Below, piece after piece: positions 47,183-56,347 of a stretch of 64,000 nucleotides of DNA; position 1 is the first letter of the stretch, and every line of letters begins with the position of its first letter. The DNA lies in contig JBMFWW010000001.1 in the NCBI GenBank assembly GCA_049964835.1, forward strand, positions 3,589 through 67,588. The letters run 5' to 3'. The notes under the pieces were generated by a model. That model searched no databases, was not told the origin of the DNA, and worked only from the letters and a program-made list of their open reading frames with translations. The translations under genes were made by a program, and so were the position numbers. This DNA is from Candidatus Micrarchaeia archaeon (GTDB lineage: Archaea > Micrarchaeota > Micrarchaeia > Micrarchaeales > CABMGC01).

Positions 47183-47390
47183 AAAATAAGTGAAAGTAAA
47201 AAACTACAACTTCCAAATAATTCAAAAGTAATAAATACATTATTACTTGATTATATTACATGTTATTATATTTTTAAAAAAAGAAAATTAAAAAATAAAA
47301 GAAAAGAAAACAAAATGGGAATTTATTAATAAATAAAAAATAATAATAAAAGTATAAAATAAAAATTAAAATATTTAAAAAGGAGTTAAG

Positions 47391-48188
47391 ATGGGAATGT
47401 TAAAATGGATTTTTTTGATTGTAGCTGTAATCGGTGTATTTTCAGTTCTTTTTGTTTTATCTAAAAATGTATCAAGCTATAGTGTAGTAAAGTTTGATAA
47501 TGTTGAGGTTTCTCAAGCTATTCTTTCAAATCTTAGTATACCAAATTCACTAAGTAATAATATAGGCATAGGTACCGCTTCATATTCTGTCATATCAAAG
47601 ATTTCAAGCGCAAATGAATTAATGTTAAACAACAAGCCAGAGATACTATACATGGGTGCAGAGTACTGCCCTTTCTGTGCAGCTGAAAGATGGGCTTTAA
47701 TAATCGCATTATCTCGTTTCGGAACCTTTTCAAATCTTCATTATATGACCTCTTCAGTTACCGATTACTCTCCGTCTACTCCAACATTTACATTCTATAA
47801 CTCAACATATACAAGCAATTATATATCATTTGTGAGTGTTGAGCAGACAACAAATCAACCTGCAAATGGAAGTTATGCAAAGCTACAAACACCTAATGTT
47901 TCAGAGTATAATCTAATGGCCCAATACGATGGAGGCGGAAGTATACCCTTTGTTCTTTTTGCAAATAAAAGTGTACTAATTGGTGCAACATATGATCCAG
48001 AATCTGTTTTAGATGGTAGAAACTGGAGCGTTGTAGCTTCAGATCTTCATAATGCTTCATCATTGCAGGCACAAGCAATAATTGGTTCTGCAAATCTTCT
48101 AACCACACAAATATGTGAAGCCGATAATAATACTCCTCAAAGTGTCTGTTCACAGCAGTATGTTAAGAATATAGAAAAGCTGTCTTGA
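47391..48188 (+). CDS. DUF929 thioredoxin-like protein with CPFC motif (putative extracytoplasmic thiol oxidoreductase)
   Basis: N-terminal TM helix and [27 protein letters not shown] (CxxC). GGAG sits 7 nt upstream of the ATG. Confidence 0.6.
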   Translation: MGMLKWIFLIVAVIGVFSVLFVLSKNVSSYSVVKFDNVEVSQAILSNLSIPNSLSNNIGIGTASYSVISKISSANELMLNNKPEILYMGAEYCPFCAAERWALIIALSRFGTFSNLHYMTSSVTDYSPSTPTFTFYNSTYTSNYISFVSVEQTTNQPANGSYAKLQTPNVSEYNLMAQYDGGGSIPFVLFANKSVLIGATYDPESVLDGRNWSVVASDLHNASSLQAQAIIGSANLLTTQICEADNNTPQSVCSQQYVKNIEKLS

Positions 48189-48622
48189 TGGAAAAGATAA
48201 AATTAAGGAGCGTAAAAGGAGCAATGTTGATTCTATCAATAATAGGTTTAACTGTATCAATATATCTTTCAATTTACCATATGCTTGGCATACCTTTATT
48301 ATGTTCAACAAGCGGTTTGATAAATTGTAGCAATGTTATAAATAGCCCATTCGGTTATATCGCTGGAATACCGGTTGCAGATTTTGGGGTAGCATTTTTT
48401 GTTATAGAAATCGGCGTATTACTTTTTATAAGCGATCCGTTTGCTAAAATATTTATCAATACGATTGGATTAGGCTTTGTCTTCTATTTTCTATACGCAG
48501 AATATACTGTAGGCAACATTTGTGAGTACTGTACATCTGTACATATAATTGTTATATTGTTACTTATTCTATCTATTTATCTATTCAAAAAAGACAAAGA
48601 TAGTAAAAGACATATAACTTAG
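48188..48622 (+). CDS. Vitamin K epoxide reductase (VKOR) family membrane protein
   Basis: Four TM helices, loop cysteine pair CSTSGLINC, and CEYC in the last helix. The ATG overlaps the DUF929 stop (TGATG). Confidence 0.7.
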   Translation: MEKIKLRSVKGAMLILSIIGLTVSIYLSIYHMLGIPLLCSTSGLINCSNVINSPFGYIAGIPVADFGVAFFVIEIGVLLFISDPFAKIFINTIGLGFVFYFLYAEYTVGNICEYCTSVHIIVILLLILSIYLFKKDKDSKRHIT

Positions 48623-48772
48623 TAAAAGTAATAAGAAAAAGTAATAAGAGTTACGAATAAGATTACAAAAACAAAGTAGTTAATTAAAGCAAAGCAGAGT
48701 TAAATCTCCATATTTTTATTTAACTATAATTTTTGAATAATAAATAAATTACCTAATTTATTAAAAATAATT

Positions 48773-50053
48773 TCAAGTAATTGCTGTGCTATCTATCATA
48801 TCAGTATTTTTCTCTTTGTTAGAAGCATCAGCATAAAAGAATATTCCTATTGTTTCTATAATATTTGTTATGAAAACGGTTATAAATATCAAACCAAGAA
48901 CAGCATAAATGTCTATATTTAATCCGCTATTTATCAATAGTAACCCTATAATTATTGGGGATAATCCTCTGCCTACATCAAATATTGAAAGTATTCTCTC
49001 ACTGCTCTTTTTGTTTTTATTTACAAAAAATTCTTCAAGTACTGGCATTGAGGCCTTTCTTATAAGAACTATTGCGGCAGTTAGCACCAAACTTATTGCA
49101 ATTATATATGATAAGGATAGAGAACCAGTATTAAAACTTATAATTGTACCTATATAAACAAAGAAGAATGTGCTTATGAAGAATGTTATCTCTTTTTGGT
49201 ATTCATTAATATGGCCAAACTCTACTCTGACGTTGTAAAAATACTTATCAAAGTTTTTAAAGAGTTTAGGCAGGTTTGCAAATATTATGCCAAACACAAA
49301 GACAGTTACTCCACTATTTAAACCTAAGAACTGCGCTACTCCATAATTTGCTATTACTACTGTGATTGTGAGCATCCATGAGTATTCTTTGCTATATTCA
49401 TTAAATGCCTGAAGTATAAATGTCCATACAAATGCAGTGATTACTCCCAAAATGCTAGATAGCACAAAAAAGTAAAACACCGCGCTGCTTATGCTTGATA
49501 TTGAAAAGGAGTTTGTCTGCAATAACGCTATTAGTATTAAGGGTATTATAAGTTGCACTGAATCAGAAGCAACACTTTCAAATACAAGAACGTTGTTTAA
49601 TCTCTTATTTATTCTAGCTATCTTGCTTAATGTGGGAAATATAGCTGAGCTAGGTCCTGCTAGTGCAAAACCTATTATGAAGGAGAGTATAGGATTCCAT
49701 CCTGTAAACAAGCCTATAAGAATACCTAATACTATTCCCGTAACTATGGAAAGCGGCAAGAAAAATCTGGTAGCTTTAAACAGCTCAAGTTCAGATATAT
49801 CTATTCGCAATCCAACATCAAAAAGTATAAATGCTATGGCTATTGCACTAACTAGCGAAGCAATATCTATTAGAATACCACTACCTTGTGGTGCTATTAA
49901 GTGGAATACCGGTCCTATAAGTATGCCTATTATCATCAAAGGCAATGTTACTAAAATCTTTAGCTTATAAAAAAGTGCATTTAAGATAAAACCTAGAAAA
50001 ACAACACCTGAAAAGATAAGAAATAAATCTGTAACATCAATCATGTTTGACAC
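48773..50053 (-). CDS. Cation/proton antiporter (CPA/Na+-H+ exchanger family)
   Basis: About 11-12 TM helices with Gly/Pro-rich helix breaks typical of CPA transporters. No unique motif. Start is the GTG at 50053 or the ATG at 50044. Confidence 0.5.
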   Translation of the reverse strand: MSNMIDVTDLFLIFSGVVFLGFILNALFYKLKILVTLPLMIIGILIGPVFHLIAPQGSGILIDIASLVSAIAIAFILFDVGLRIDISELELFKATRFFLPLSIVTGIVLGILIGLFTGWNPILSFIIGFALAGPSSAIFPTLSKIARINKRLNNVLVFESVASDSVQLIIPLILIALLQTNSFSISSISSAVFYFFVLSSILGVITAFVWTFILQAFNEYSKEYSWMLTITVVIANYGVAQFLGLNSGVTVFVFGIIFANLPKLFKNFDKYFYNVRVEFGHINEYQKEITFFISTFFFVYIGTIISFNTGSLSLSYIIAISLVLTAAIVLIRKASMPVLEEFFVNKNKKSSERILSIFDVGRGLSPIIIGLLLINSGLNIDIYAVLGLIFITVFITNIIETIGIFFYADASNKEKNTDMIDSTAIT

Positions 50054-51590
50054 CTAAGTAGGCCTGACCTGTTATTCTAGGATCTCTATCTAATTCAAGA
50101 TTTATTTTTTTCAATACATCAAGCATTTTTCTCTCTCGTTGACCAGATATATAAATATAAACCTCATCTTTTGTATCTCTTGCTATCAAAATGTATATAT
50201 CTCCTTCCCTAAACCTTCCTGTTCTTCCCCTTCTTTGTATGTTTCTTATCTCGCTAGGTATTGGCTCATAAAATATTACTGCATCAACGCTTGGTATATC
50301 TAATCCCTCTTCTGCTATAGAGCTTGCTACAAGCACATTGAACTTTCTATCTCTAAACTCTTGTATTATATTTTTTTGAAGCTCTTGAGTAACTCCTTCC
50401 TTTTTCCCTACAAATGCCTTACATGATATATCGTTATTGGTTAGGTACTCTACAATCATCTTTATGGTTGATCGATACTGCGCAAAAACTATTATACTCT
50501 TATTTTTATAATGTATTATAATGTCTATTAATGCTATTATTTTCCCATGCTCTTCGCCTCTTTTTAATGCTTGTTCTGCTAGAGCAATTGCAGCAAGAAT
50601 ATTTTTATTTGCTAATATACTTCTAACTCCTCTGCTTTTATTCTCTTTATTTTGCATATTTTTCATATAAGTCAAAAAAGGGTAAATTCCCTCCGTAGTT
50701 AAAAGCTCATAAGCATGGCAAAGGTTAAGCAATTTTACATAACTAAAGAAGGCACCCATTCTATAATCAGAATCTTTAATCCTACTTATCTGATTTCCTG
50801 CATCTATCAATATGCCCTTTGGTATTCTATCAAATCTTTTAAATTTTAAAAAACCCATTTTATTCAAAGTCCTCAAAGAGCCTTCAGCTTCTGGCGCAAT
50901 TAATCTCATCATGCTCTTTATGGTTTCTGTAGTATCTACATAAACATTATGTATATATTTTTGTTTTACATAAGCAGATACGTCCGGATCTGTAGATATT
51001 CTGACCTCTATGTTTTTAATTCCTAGAGCATCTATTACTGATTTAATCTTTTCTTTTTTGCTTCCAGGAGAAGCTGTAAGTCCTAACACTGTTATTGATC
51101 TTATATTGCACTCATTTGCAATGTATGTATAAGCGTACTTTCCTACTGCTTTATGGCATTCATCAAAGACCACTATTCCATAATCATCTAACTGTATGTT
51201 TGAATTTTTCAATTCATTTGCAACCGTTTGCGGTGTTGCCACTATTATTTTGGCATCCTTTTCAAGTTCTACTCTCTTCTTCTTTGAGACCGAACCAATC
51301 AAAAGCAAAAGCTCACTTTCATTTAATTTAAAGGTTTTTTTAAAATTATTATAATGTTGTTCTGCAAGAGGCTTAGTAGGAGCTAAAAAAATTGCTTTTT
51401 TTCCAATGTCTAATTCAAAAGCAATCATAATTATTCCTATCAATGTCTTGCCTAATCCTGTAGGCAAAACAACTAATGTATTTCCGTTTTTTAATATCGA
51501 TTCAACTATATTTCTCTGATAAGCACGCACTTCAAGTCCTTCAGAATTAATATATTTATCAATAAAATCAAAGTAGTTCAAAATTTCCAC
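50037..51590 (-). CDS. Hef/FANCM/Mph1-type SF2 helicase (helicase domains only)
   Basis: RAYQRNIVE, VLPTGLGKT, FDECHKAVG, LGLTASPG, VASSIAEEGLDIP and QRRGRTGR. There is no ERCC4 nuclease domain. GTG start. Confidence 0.75.
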   Translation of the reverse strand: MEILNYFDFIDKYINSEGLEVRAYQRNIVESILKNGNTLVVLPTGLGKTLIGIIMIAFELDIGKKAIFLAPTKPLAEQHYNNFKKTFKLNESELLLLIGSVSKKKRVELEKDAKIIVATPQTVANELKNSNIQLDDYGIVVFDECHKAVGKYAYTYIANECNIRSITVLGLTASPGSKKEKIKSVIDALGIKNIEVRISTDPDVSAYVKQKYIHNVYVDTTETIKSMMRLIAPEAEGSLRTLNKMGFLKFKRFDRIPKGILIDAGNQISRIKDSDYRMGAFFSYVKLLNLCHAYELLTTEGIYPFLTYMKNMQNKENKSRGVRSILANKNILAAIALAEQALKRGEEHGKIIALIDIIIHYKNKSIIVFAQYRSTIKMIVEYLTNNDISCKAFVGKKEGVTQELQKNIIQEFRDRKFNVLVASSIAEEGLDIPSVDAVIFYEPIPSEIRNIQRRGRTGRFREGDIYILIARDTKDEVYIYISGQRERKMLDVLKKINLELDRDPRITGQAYLGVKHD

Positions 51591-51666
51591 TCGTTTGTCA
51601 TATTGTTATTTATAGATATATATTTATAATATTTAAGTTGCATTTATACAGTAAATTTTAAAATGT

Positions 51667-51774
51667 GCCGTTGTAGCTCAGTCCGGGAGAGCGTTCGGCT
51701 GAAGACAAATCTTCTAAAAAGATTTGATAAATTCAGATACCGAAATGTCGTCGGTTCAAATCCGACCAACGGCA
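51667..51774 (+). tRNA. tRNA-Phe(GAA) with 34-nt intron (51705-51738)
   Basis: Acceptor GCCGTTG/CAACGGC plus A. D-arm GCTC-AGTCCGGGA-GAGC. Anticodon stem TTCGG/CCGAA, loop CT-GAA-G|intron|A. BHB central helix CTGA/TCAG is perfect. T-arm GTCGG-TTCAAAT-CCGAC. Confidence 0.85.
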
Positions 51775-51837
51775 ATAAAAATATCAAATAACAATAGGTT
51801 TTTATATCCTAACCTTTCAATACTTACCGGTGCACCA

Positions 51838-53286
51838 ATGAAAATGAATATACTTTATGTATTACTTGCAATAATAATTCTCGCAGGTTTATATGTTGCA
51901 ATAACTTATAATAATACTATTACTTCTTCTAAAGTAAACACATCTAATGTTAGCAATACTTCAAAAACATCTGTTCAATCTTCATCTCAAACTGAGTTAT
52001 TCGTTCCTATCCAATTAACAGATCCCCCACATGTTCCATATGGTACGCAGGCACTTACTATATCGTATTCCTCATTCGCAGTAACTGAAAATTATCAAAA
52101 TGGAACTTCAACATTTGTTAATATAAATGAAAGCGGAAAGATAAATCTCATGACACTTACAAATCTCACACAGGTAATTGGTGGTGTTAACATAGTTTCT
52201 AATTCCATAATAAGTCAAGTAATGTTTAATGTAACATCTGCAGACATAACAATAAATAATACTAATTATACTGTTAATGTACCTAGCAGTAAGATAATCG
52301 CAAATATTAACTCTAAAAATAGATTGGTTGTATCTAACTCAAGTATACTTTTAGACTTTTCTCCTACTATAGCTACAATATTCACGGCTAACTCCACAGT
52401 ATTTGTTCTTTTACCTTCTGTTAAAGCTATAATAATAGGCAACTCTTCAATGACATCAAAAAATAATCAAAATATAGGTGCAAGATTCAAATTAAACGCG
52501 TCAGAAAGGCAAAGACTTGAAAGTTCTGTACCTAATCTTACTATCGTTTCATCATCACTTTCTCAAAGTAACTCATCTACCTCATTTTCAGTTACTGTAA
52601 AAAACAATGGTAATCAGAGCGTAGTATTGAATCATATACTACTTTATGGTACAATAAACTCAAAAATAATTATAAACAATAATCCAATAATAAAAATAAA
52701 TGCTTCTGCAATAGGTAGTGAAAGAGACCATATTTCTATTATAAACTCCTCTTCTAATTTAGGTATCGGTGATAATCAGAAGCTAAGAGTCCAAACAACA
52801 AATGCTCCACCTTCTATATCTACTGGATTGAACTCACAAATAAACACAACGGTTTCTGTAAAGTTAAATACTTCATCTTCAGATAAAAGTAAAAATGAGA
52901 ATAATTCTTATAACACATCAACAGATTCAAGTCAGACTATTAATTCTTCAGTAATTTCTAATTTAGATCTTAATTCAACTGACAATTCAGAAATAAATGT
53001 TGAAGAGCACGTAGGCGTAAACCTTGTGAACTTTAGGGTTCTTAATTTCTTAATATCACAAAGTGGCAACTTATATCTTCCAAGCGTTTATGCCAGTGCA
53101 GATTTTAAATCCCCTGGATATATACTTTTACCGGGTAAAAACGAAACATTTACATTCAATGGAAACATAATTTTTGGACATGAGAATAGCGCAGTCTCAG
53201 CAGCAATAGTTCCAGGTAATAATTATAATATAAGAATAATTGGAGAAGAAGGTACATCAGCATCAGAAAACATAACAGCTTCATAA
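51838..53286 (+). CDS. Secreted or anchored hypothetical protein, N-terminal part DUF4382-like
   Basis: The ATG at 51838 gives MKMNILYVLLAIIILAGLYV (signal anchor). The segment LFVPIQLTDPPHVPYGTQALTISYSSFAV...INLMTLTN resembles DUF4382. The protein is sequon-rich. Confidence 0.4.
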   Translation: MKMNILYVLLAIIILAGLYVAITYNNTITSSKVNTSNVSNTSKTSVQSSSQTELFVPIQLTDPPHVPYGTQALTISYSSFAVTENYQNGTSTFVNINESGKINLMTLTNLTQVIGGVNIVSNSIISQVMFNVTSADITINNTNYTVNVPSSKIIANINSKNRLVVSNSSILLDFSPTIATIFTANSTVFVLLPSVKAIIIGNSSMTSKNNQNIGARFKLNASERQRLESSVPNLTIVSSSLSQSNSSTSFSVTVKNNGNQSVVLNHILLYGTINSKIIINNNPIIKINASAIGSERDHISIINSSSNLGIGDNQKLRVQTTNAPPSISTGLNSQINTTVSVKLNTSSSDKSKNENNSYNTSTDSSQTINSSVISNLDLNSTDNSEINVEEHVGVNLVNFRVLNFLISQSGNLYLPSVYASADFKSPGYILLPGKNETFTFNGNIIFGHENSAVSAAIVPGNNYNIRIIGEEGTSASENITAS

Positions 53287-53372
53287 ATTATAAAATCTAC
53301 GGTAAAAATAAATCTTCAATAGGGTTTTTAATCCTTGCCTAATAAATATACTTTAATATTAATGTGATAAAC

Positions 53373-53861
53373 ATGAGAAATAAAATAGAAAATAAGATAA
53401 TAGCAGCAATGCTTCTAGTTTTTGCAACATTTGCATTTGTCGGCGCTTCAGGATTTAATCCTACTGGTGTGTCATTCTTTGTGATACCACCAATAACTAA
53501 CACAACAAATTCATCGCCATCAACTCATACAGCAACAAATACAATTACATCTAATACAATACCAAGCAATACCATTTCAAATAGTACAACTTCAAGCAAT
53601 ACAATCTCAAGTACACCAAGCAACACAATCTCTAATAGCACAAAAGCAAGCAACTCAACTTCAAGCAATACATTACTAACAACATCAAATACAAATTCAA
53701 GCTCAAACGCATCTTCAAAAGTATCAACTTATCCATCTAACACATCAAGCACACCAGCACCTTCAGGCTCAAGCAATCTTGGTATAATAATTGCAATTAT
53801 TGTAATAATTATAATAATAGTTGCAGCTTACCTTTTAATGAAGAAGCCAAAGACAGCATAA
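53373..53861 (+). CDS. Small mucin-like Ser/Thr/Asn-rich surface protein with a C-terminal TM anchor
   Basis: N-terminal signal-like helix, SNTIS/SNT repeats, C-terminal IIIAIIVIIIIIVAAYLLMKKPK. Confidence 0.4.
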   Translation: MRNKIENKIIAAMLLVFATFAFVGASGFNPTGVSFFVIPPITNTTNSSPSTHTATNTITSNTIPSNTISNSTTSSNTISSTPSNTISNSTKASNSTSSNTLLTTSNTNSSSNASSKVSTYPSNTSSTPAPSGSSNLGIIIAIIVIIIIIVAAYLLMKKPKTA

Positions 53862-53973
53862 ATACTTAAATAGTTTTTACTTTTTTTCTTTTATTTTTTA
53901 CTATTTTTACTTTGATTAACTAAATTTAAATATACTTATTTAATTTTATTCTATCTATTAACTCTGTGATTAA

Positions 53974-54600
53974 ATGAGCAATAAAGAAGGTAAGCATAAG
54001 ATAATAGATATGCCAATAACATACGAGAAAGTAAGTACTCTAATGGATCAGGAGACTTACAAATGGCACCATGATACACATTACGCTGGATATGTGAATA
54101 AAAGAAACGAGATAGAAAAGGAATTGAATACAGTTGATCTTTCAAAGGCGAATGTAAATTACAGCCAAATCCGTTCATTAAAATTAGAAGAAACATGGAA
54201 TGCTAATGGACAGATACTTCATGAAGTTTACTGGTCAACAATGGCTGGAGATGGAAATGCAGATGCTTCACTGTCTATAATCAAAAAAATAAATGAGGAT
54301 TTTGGCTCTTTAGATAATTTTAAAGCGGAGTTCATGGCCGTAAGCAAGTCAGGCAGAGGATGGGCAGTTTTAGTATACGACCTATTCAGTGATAAGAAAT
54401 TAAGATGTGTAATGTATGATTTCCACAATCAAGGTGGAATAGCTGGTGCATTACCTCTTATTGCAGTAGATGTATTTGAGCATGCTTATTATCATAAGTA
54501 TGGTCCAGATAGAGGTTCTTATCTAACAGCATTAATGTCAAATATTGACTGGAAGAAGGTAGATGAAAAGTATAAAAAGTACTCTAATATACTAATATAA
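53974..54600 (+). CDS. sod: Fe/Mn superoxide dismutase
   Basis: WHHDTHYAGYV (His ligands) and VDVFEHAYY (Asp/His ligands). Confidence 0.9.
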   Translation: MSNKEGKHKIIDMPITYEKVSTLMDQETYKWHHDTHYAGYVNKRNEIEKELNTVDLSKANVNYSQIRSLKLEETWNANGQILHEVYWSTMAGDGNADASLSIIKKINEDFGSLDNFKAEFMAVSKSGRGWAVLVYDLFSDKKLRCVMYDFHNQGGIAGALPLIAVDVFEHAYYHKYGPDRGSYLTALMSNIDWKKVDEKYKKYSNILI

Positions 54601-54662
54601 CTAAAATAAGTAATATGCAAAGTTTTAAATACTAAAAGTAATAAAAAGTATCGGTTAATTTA

Positions 54663-55247
54663 ATGAGCATTTATTCTTTAGCCTTATTTGATCCCTCTAA
54701 GTTAAATATAAACATATGGGCATTTCAGTTTGTCAAGTCTATAGCAAATCCAGCACTAAATACACTTTTTTCTACGCTTTCATCATCTTTTTTAATAGTA
54801 ATACCAATACTTGTCATATATTTATATCTTAAAAAGGACAAGAATGTATACTCATTTATAATTGCAGGGACAGTTTTTTTCATAGTTTCTGATATTATAA
54901 AAATGCTTACTATGGAGCCAAGGCCGTGCAATGTACCACAATTATCCTGGATAAATAATCTTGGCTGTGAGAATACCTTTTCATTTCCAAGTAATCATGC
55001 CTCAGTTTTAACAGGACTTATATTCTTCTTAAAGCCATATAAATATCTAAGAGTACTTTATTTCATATGGCTAGCTCTTGAGCTTTTTGGCAGAGTATAT
55101 TTAGGGCTGCATTACTTTACAGATGTAATAGCAGGCATAGCATTAAGCATAATCTTATACTATGTCCTAAGTTTCTATAAACCAAAAATAAATGAGATGT
55201 TAAATAATATAGTTAAAAAGATTGTGCCAAAACTAGCTCTGAAGTAA
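54663..55247 (+). CDS. PAP2-family lipid phosphate phosphatase
   Basis: The three PAP2 motifs are present: KMLTMEPRP, PSNHAS and RVYLGLHYFTDV. Confidence 0.8.
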   Translation: MSIYSLALFDPSKLNINIWAFQFVKSIANPALNTLFSTLSSSFLIVIPILVIYLYLKKDKNVYSFIIAGTVFFIVSDIIKMLTMEPRPCNVPQLSWINNLGCENTFSFPSNHASVLTGLIFFLKPYKYLRVLYFIWLALELFGRVYLGLHYFTDVIAGIALSIILYYVLSFYKPKINEMLNNIVKKIVPKLALK

Positions 55248-55318
55248 GTGAAATGTTTTAGTAAATAAATAATACAAGTTTTTCATGCAACTTTTAACAC
55301 GTAGCTGTAATTTAGTTG

Positions 55319-56101
55319 CTACTTTCTGCATTCTTCAAAGGTCTTTATTATTTTATTAAAGTATGATATTGTATCCTTGTAACTATTTACCTTTATACAA
55401 TCAACTCCAAGCAGTTTAACAGGGTAATCATTTCCTCCCTCAAAAAGAGCATCGCCGAAGAAGAGCAATTCCTTTATTTCATAATTAAAATACCCGCAAA
55501 TTCTTCTTATCCCATAAGCCTTGTCTATTCCCTTGCGTGTTATATCTATAGAGGTGCTCCCTCCAATAGTTATTTCAAATTCAGGTATGAGCATTTCTAA
55601 AATCTTCTTTATTTTCTTTCTTTTTTCAAGATTTGAGTCCCAAATTGATTTGAGCTCTATGGGTGCATCTTGTCCAAGACCTGAATAAGTTATCTGTGTT
55701 TCACGATCATCTATACTCTTCCCGAATGTTTTTTCTGGTTTTATTTTTGTTTCATCTAATACAGCATTTATAGCATTAATTATTCTTTCTTTTTCTTTCT
55801 CAGTAAGTTTTTCAGAATAAACCTCTTCCCATTCATTTAACTTATATTTATAAAATCTAGTAGCACATGTAGGGAAAAGATATATTCTACTTAGTGTTTT
55901 TTCATCACTTCCAATTCCATGTGCGAACTGTTCTGTAAACTGTTTATAAGTACCACCACCTATAACTGCCAAAGGAAGATACTCTACCAATTTTTTAATA
56001 CACTCTGACATCTCATTTGTTATTCCCATCTTGCTTTCTGTGAGAGTGCCATCAAGATCGCAAACTATCATTTTCCTTTCTGCAATTTTAAAATCTATCA
56101 T
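55319..56101 (-). CDS. HAD-IIB hydrolase, phosphomannomutase-like
   Basis: Motif I VCDLDGTLT, a cap domain, and the C-terminal FFGDALFEGGNDYP. Confidence 0.55.
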   Translation of the reverse strand: MIDFKIAERKMIVCDLDGTLTESKMGITNEMSECIKKLVEYLPLAVIGGGTYKQFTEQFAHGIGSDEKTLSRIYLFPTCATRFYKYKLNEWEEVYSEKLTEKEKERIINAINAVLDETKIKPEKTFGKSIDDRETQITYSGLGQDAPIELKSIWDSNLEKRKKIKKILEMLIPEFEITIGGSTSIDITRKGIDKAYGIRRICGYFNYEIKELLFFGDALFEGGNDYPVKLLGVDCIKVNSYKDTISYFNKIIKTFEECRK

Positions 56102-56154
56102 GCTTATCTACACTGTGTAAATGTGTGTATAGTTGTAGTTCGTGAAAGTGCGTT

Positions 56155-56291
56155 TGGGGTTGCCGGGATTTGAACCCGGACATGCAGGTTACTTCATATT
56201 TTTCAAATTTCCAGATCTTCATCACAGCATTATGCTCAAAGATTATTAAACATCTGGAGCCTGCCGCGCTGCCAGATTACGCAACAACCCC
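56155..56291 (-). tRNA. tRNA-Trp(CCA) with 64-nt intron (56190-56253)
   Basis: On the minus strand: acceptor GGGGTTG/CAACCCC plus A. D-arm GCGT-AATCTGGCA-GCGC. Anticodon stem GCAGG/CCTGC, loop CT-CCA-G|intron|A. T-arm CCGGG-TTCAAAT-CCCGG. Confidence 0.85.
56203..56225 (-). ncRNA. Box C/D-like guide module inside the tRNA-Trp intron (C box, 12-nt guide, degenerate D' box)
   Basis: GTGATGA at 56219-56225, spacer AGATCTGGAAAT, TTGA at 56203-56206. Seven spacer nucleotides pair with T33-G37 plus 2 intron nt. The N+5 position pairs with C34. Confidence 0.45.
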
Positions 56292-56336
56292 TATACTCTT
56301 ATATTTTTCCATGCAAAGATATTAATACTATTTAGA

Positions 56337-56341
56337 GAGGT
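56337..56341 (+). promoter_or_regulatory. Shine-Dalgarno-like GAGGT upstream of the ATA-start candidate of the HAD gene
   Basis: GAGGT is followed by 6 nt and then ATA at 56348. An in-frame TAG lies at 56342-56344. Confidence 0.3.
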
Positions 56342-56347
56342 TAGACT

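Noticed and set aside
47183-47390. Extremely A-rich 208-nt spacer before the DUF929 gene, inspected for repeats or ncRNA
   Set aside because: It contains only low-complexity A/T tracts. No inverted repeats or conserved boxes were seen. It is probably a promoter or spacer region.
49491-49970. 159-aa ORF antisense to the cation antiporter (plus 48909-49157)
   Set aside because: This is the antisense of a hydrophobic membrane-protein gene. Such shadow ORFs are common in AT-rich DNA.
51724-51837. N-terminal extension of the 520-aa ORF (TTG at 51724)
   Set aside because: The extension would be translated from within tRNA-Phe (51667-51774). The ATG at 51838 gives a proper signal-anchor N-terminus.
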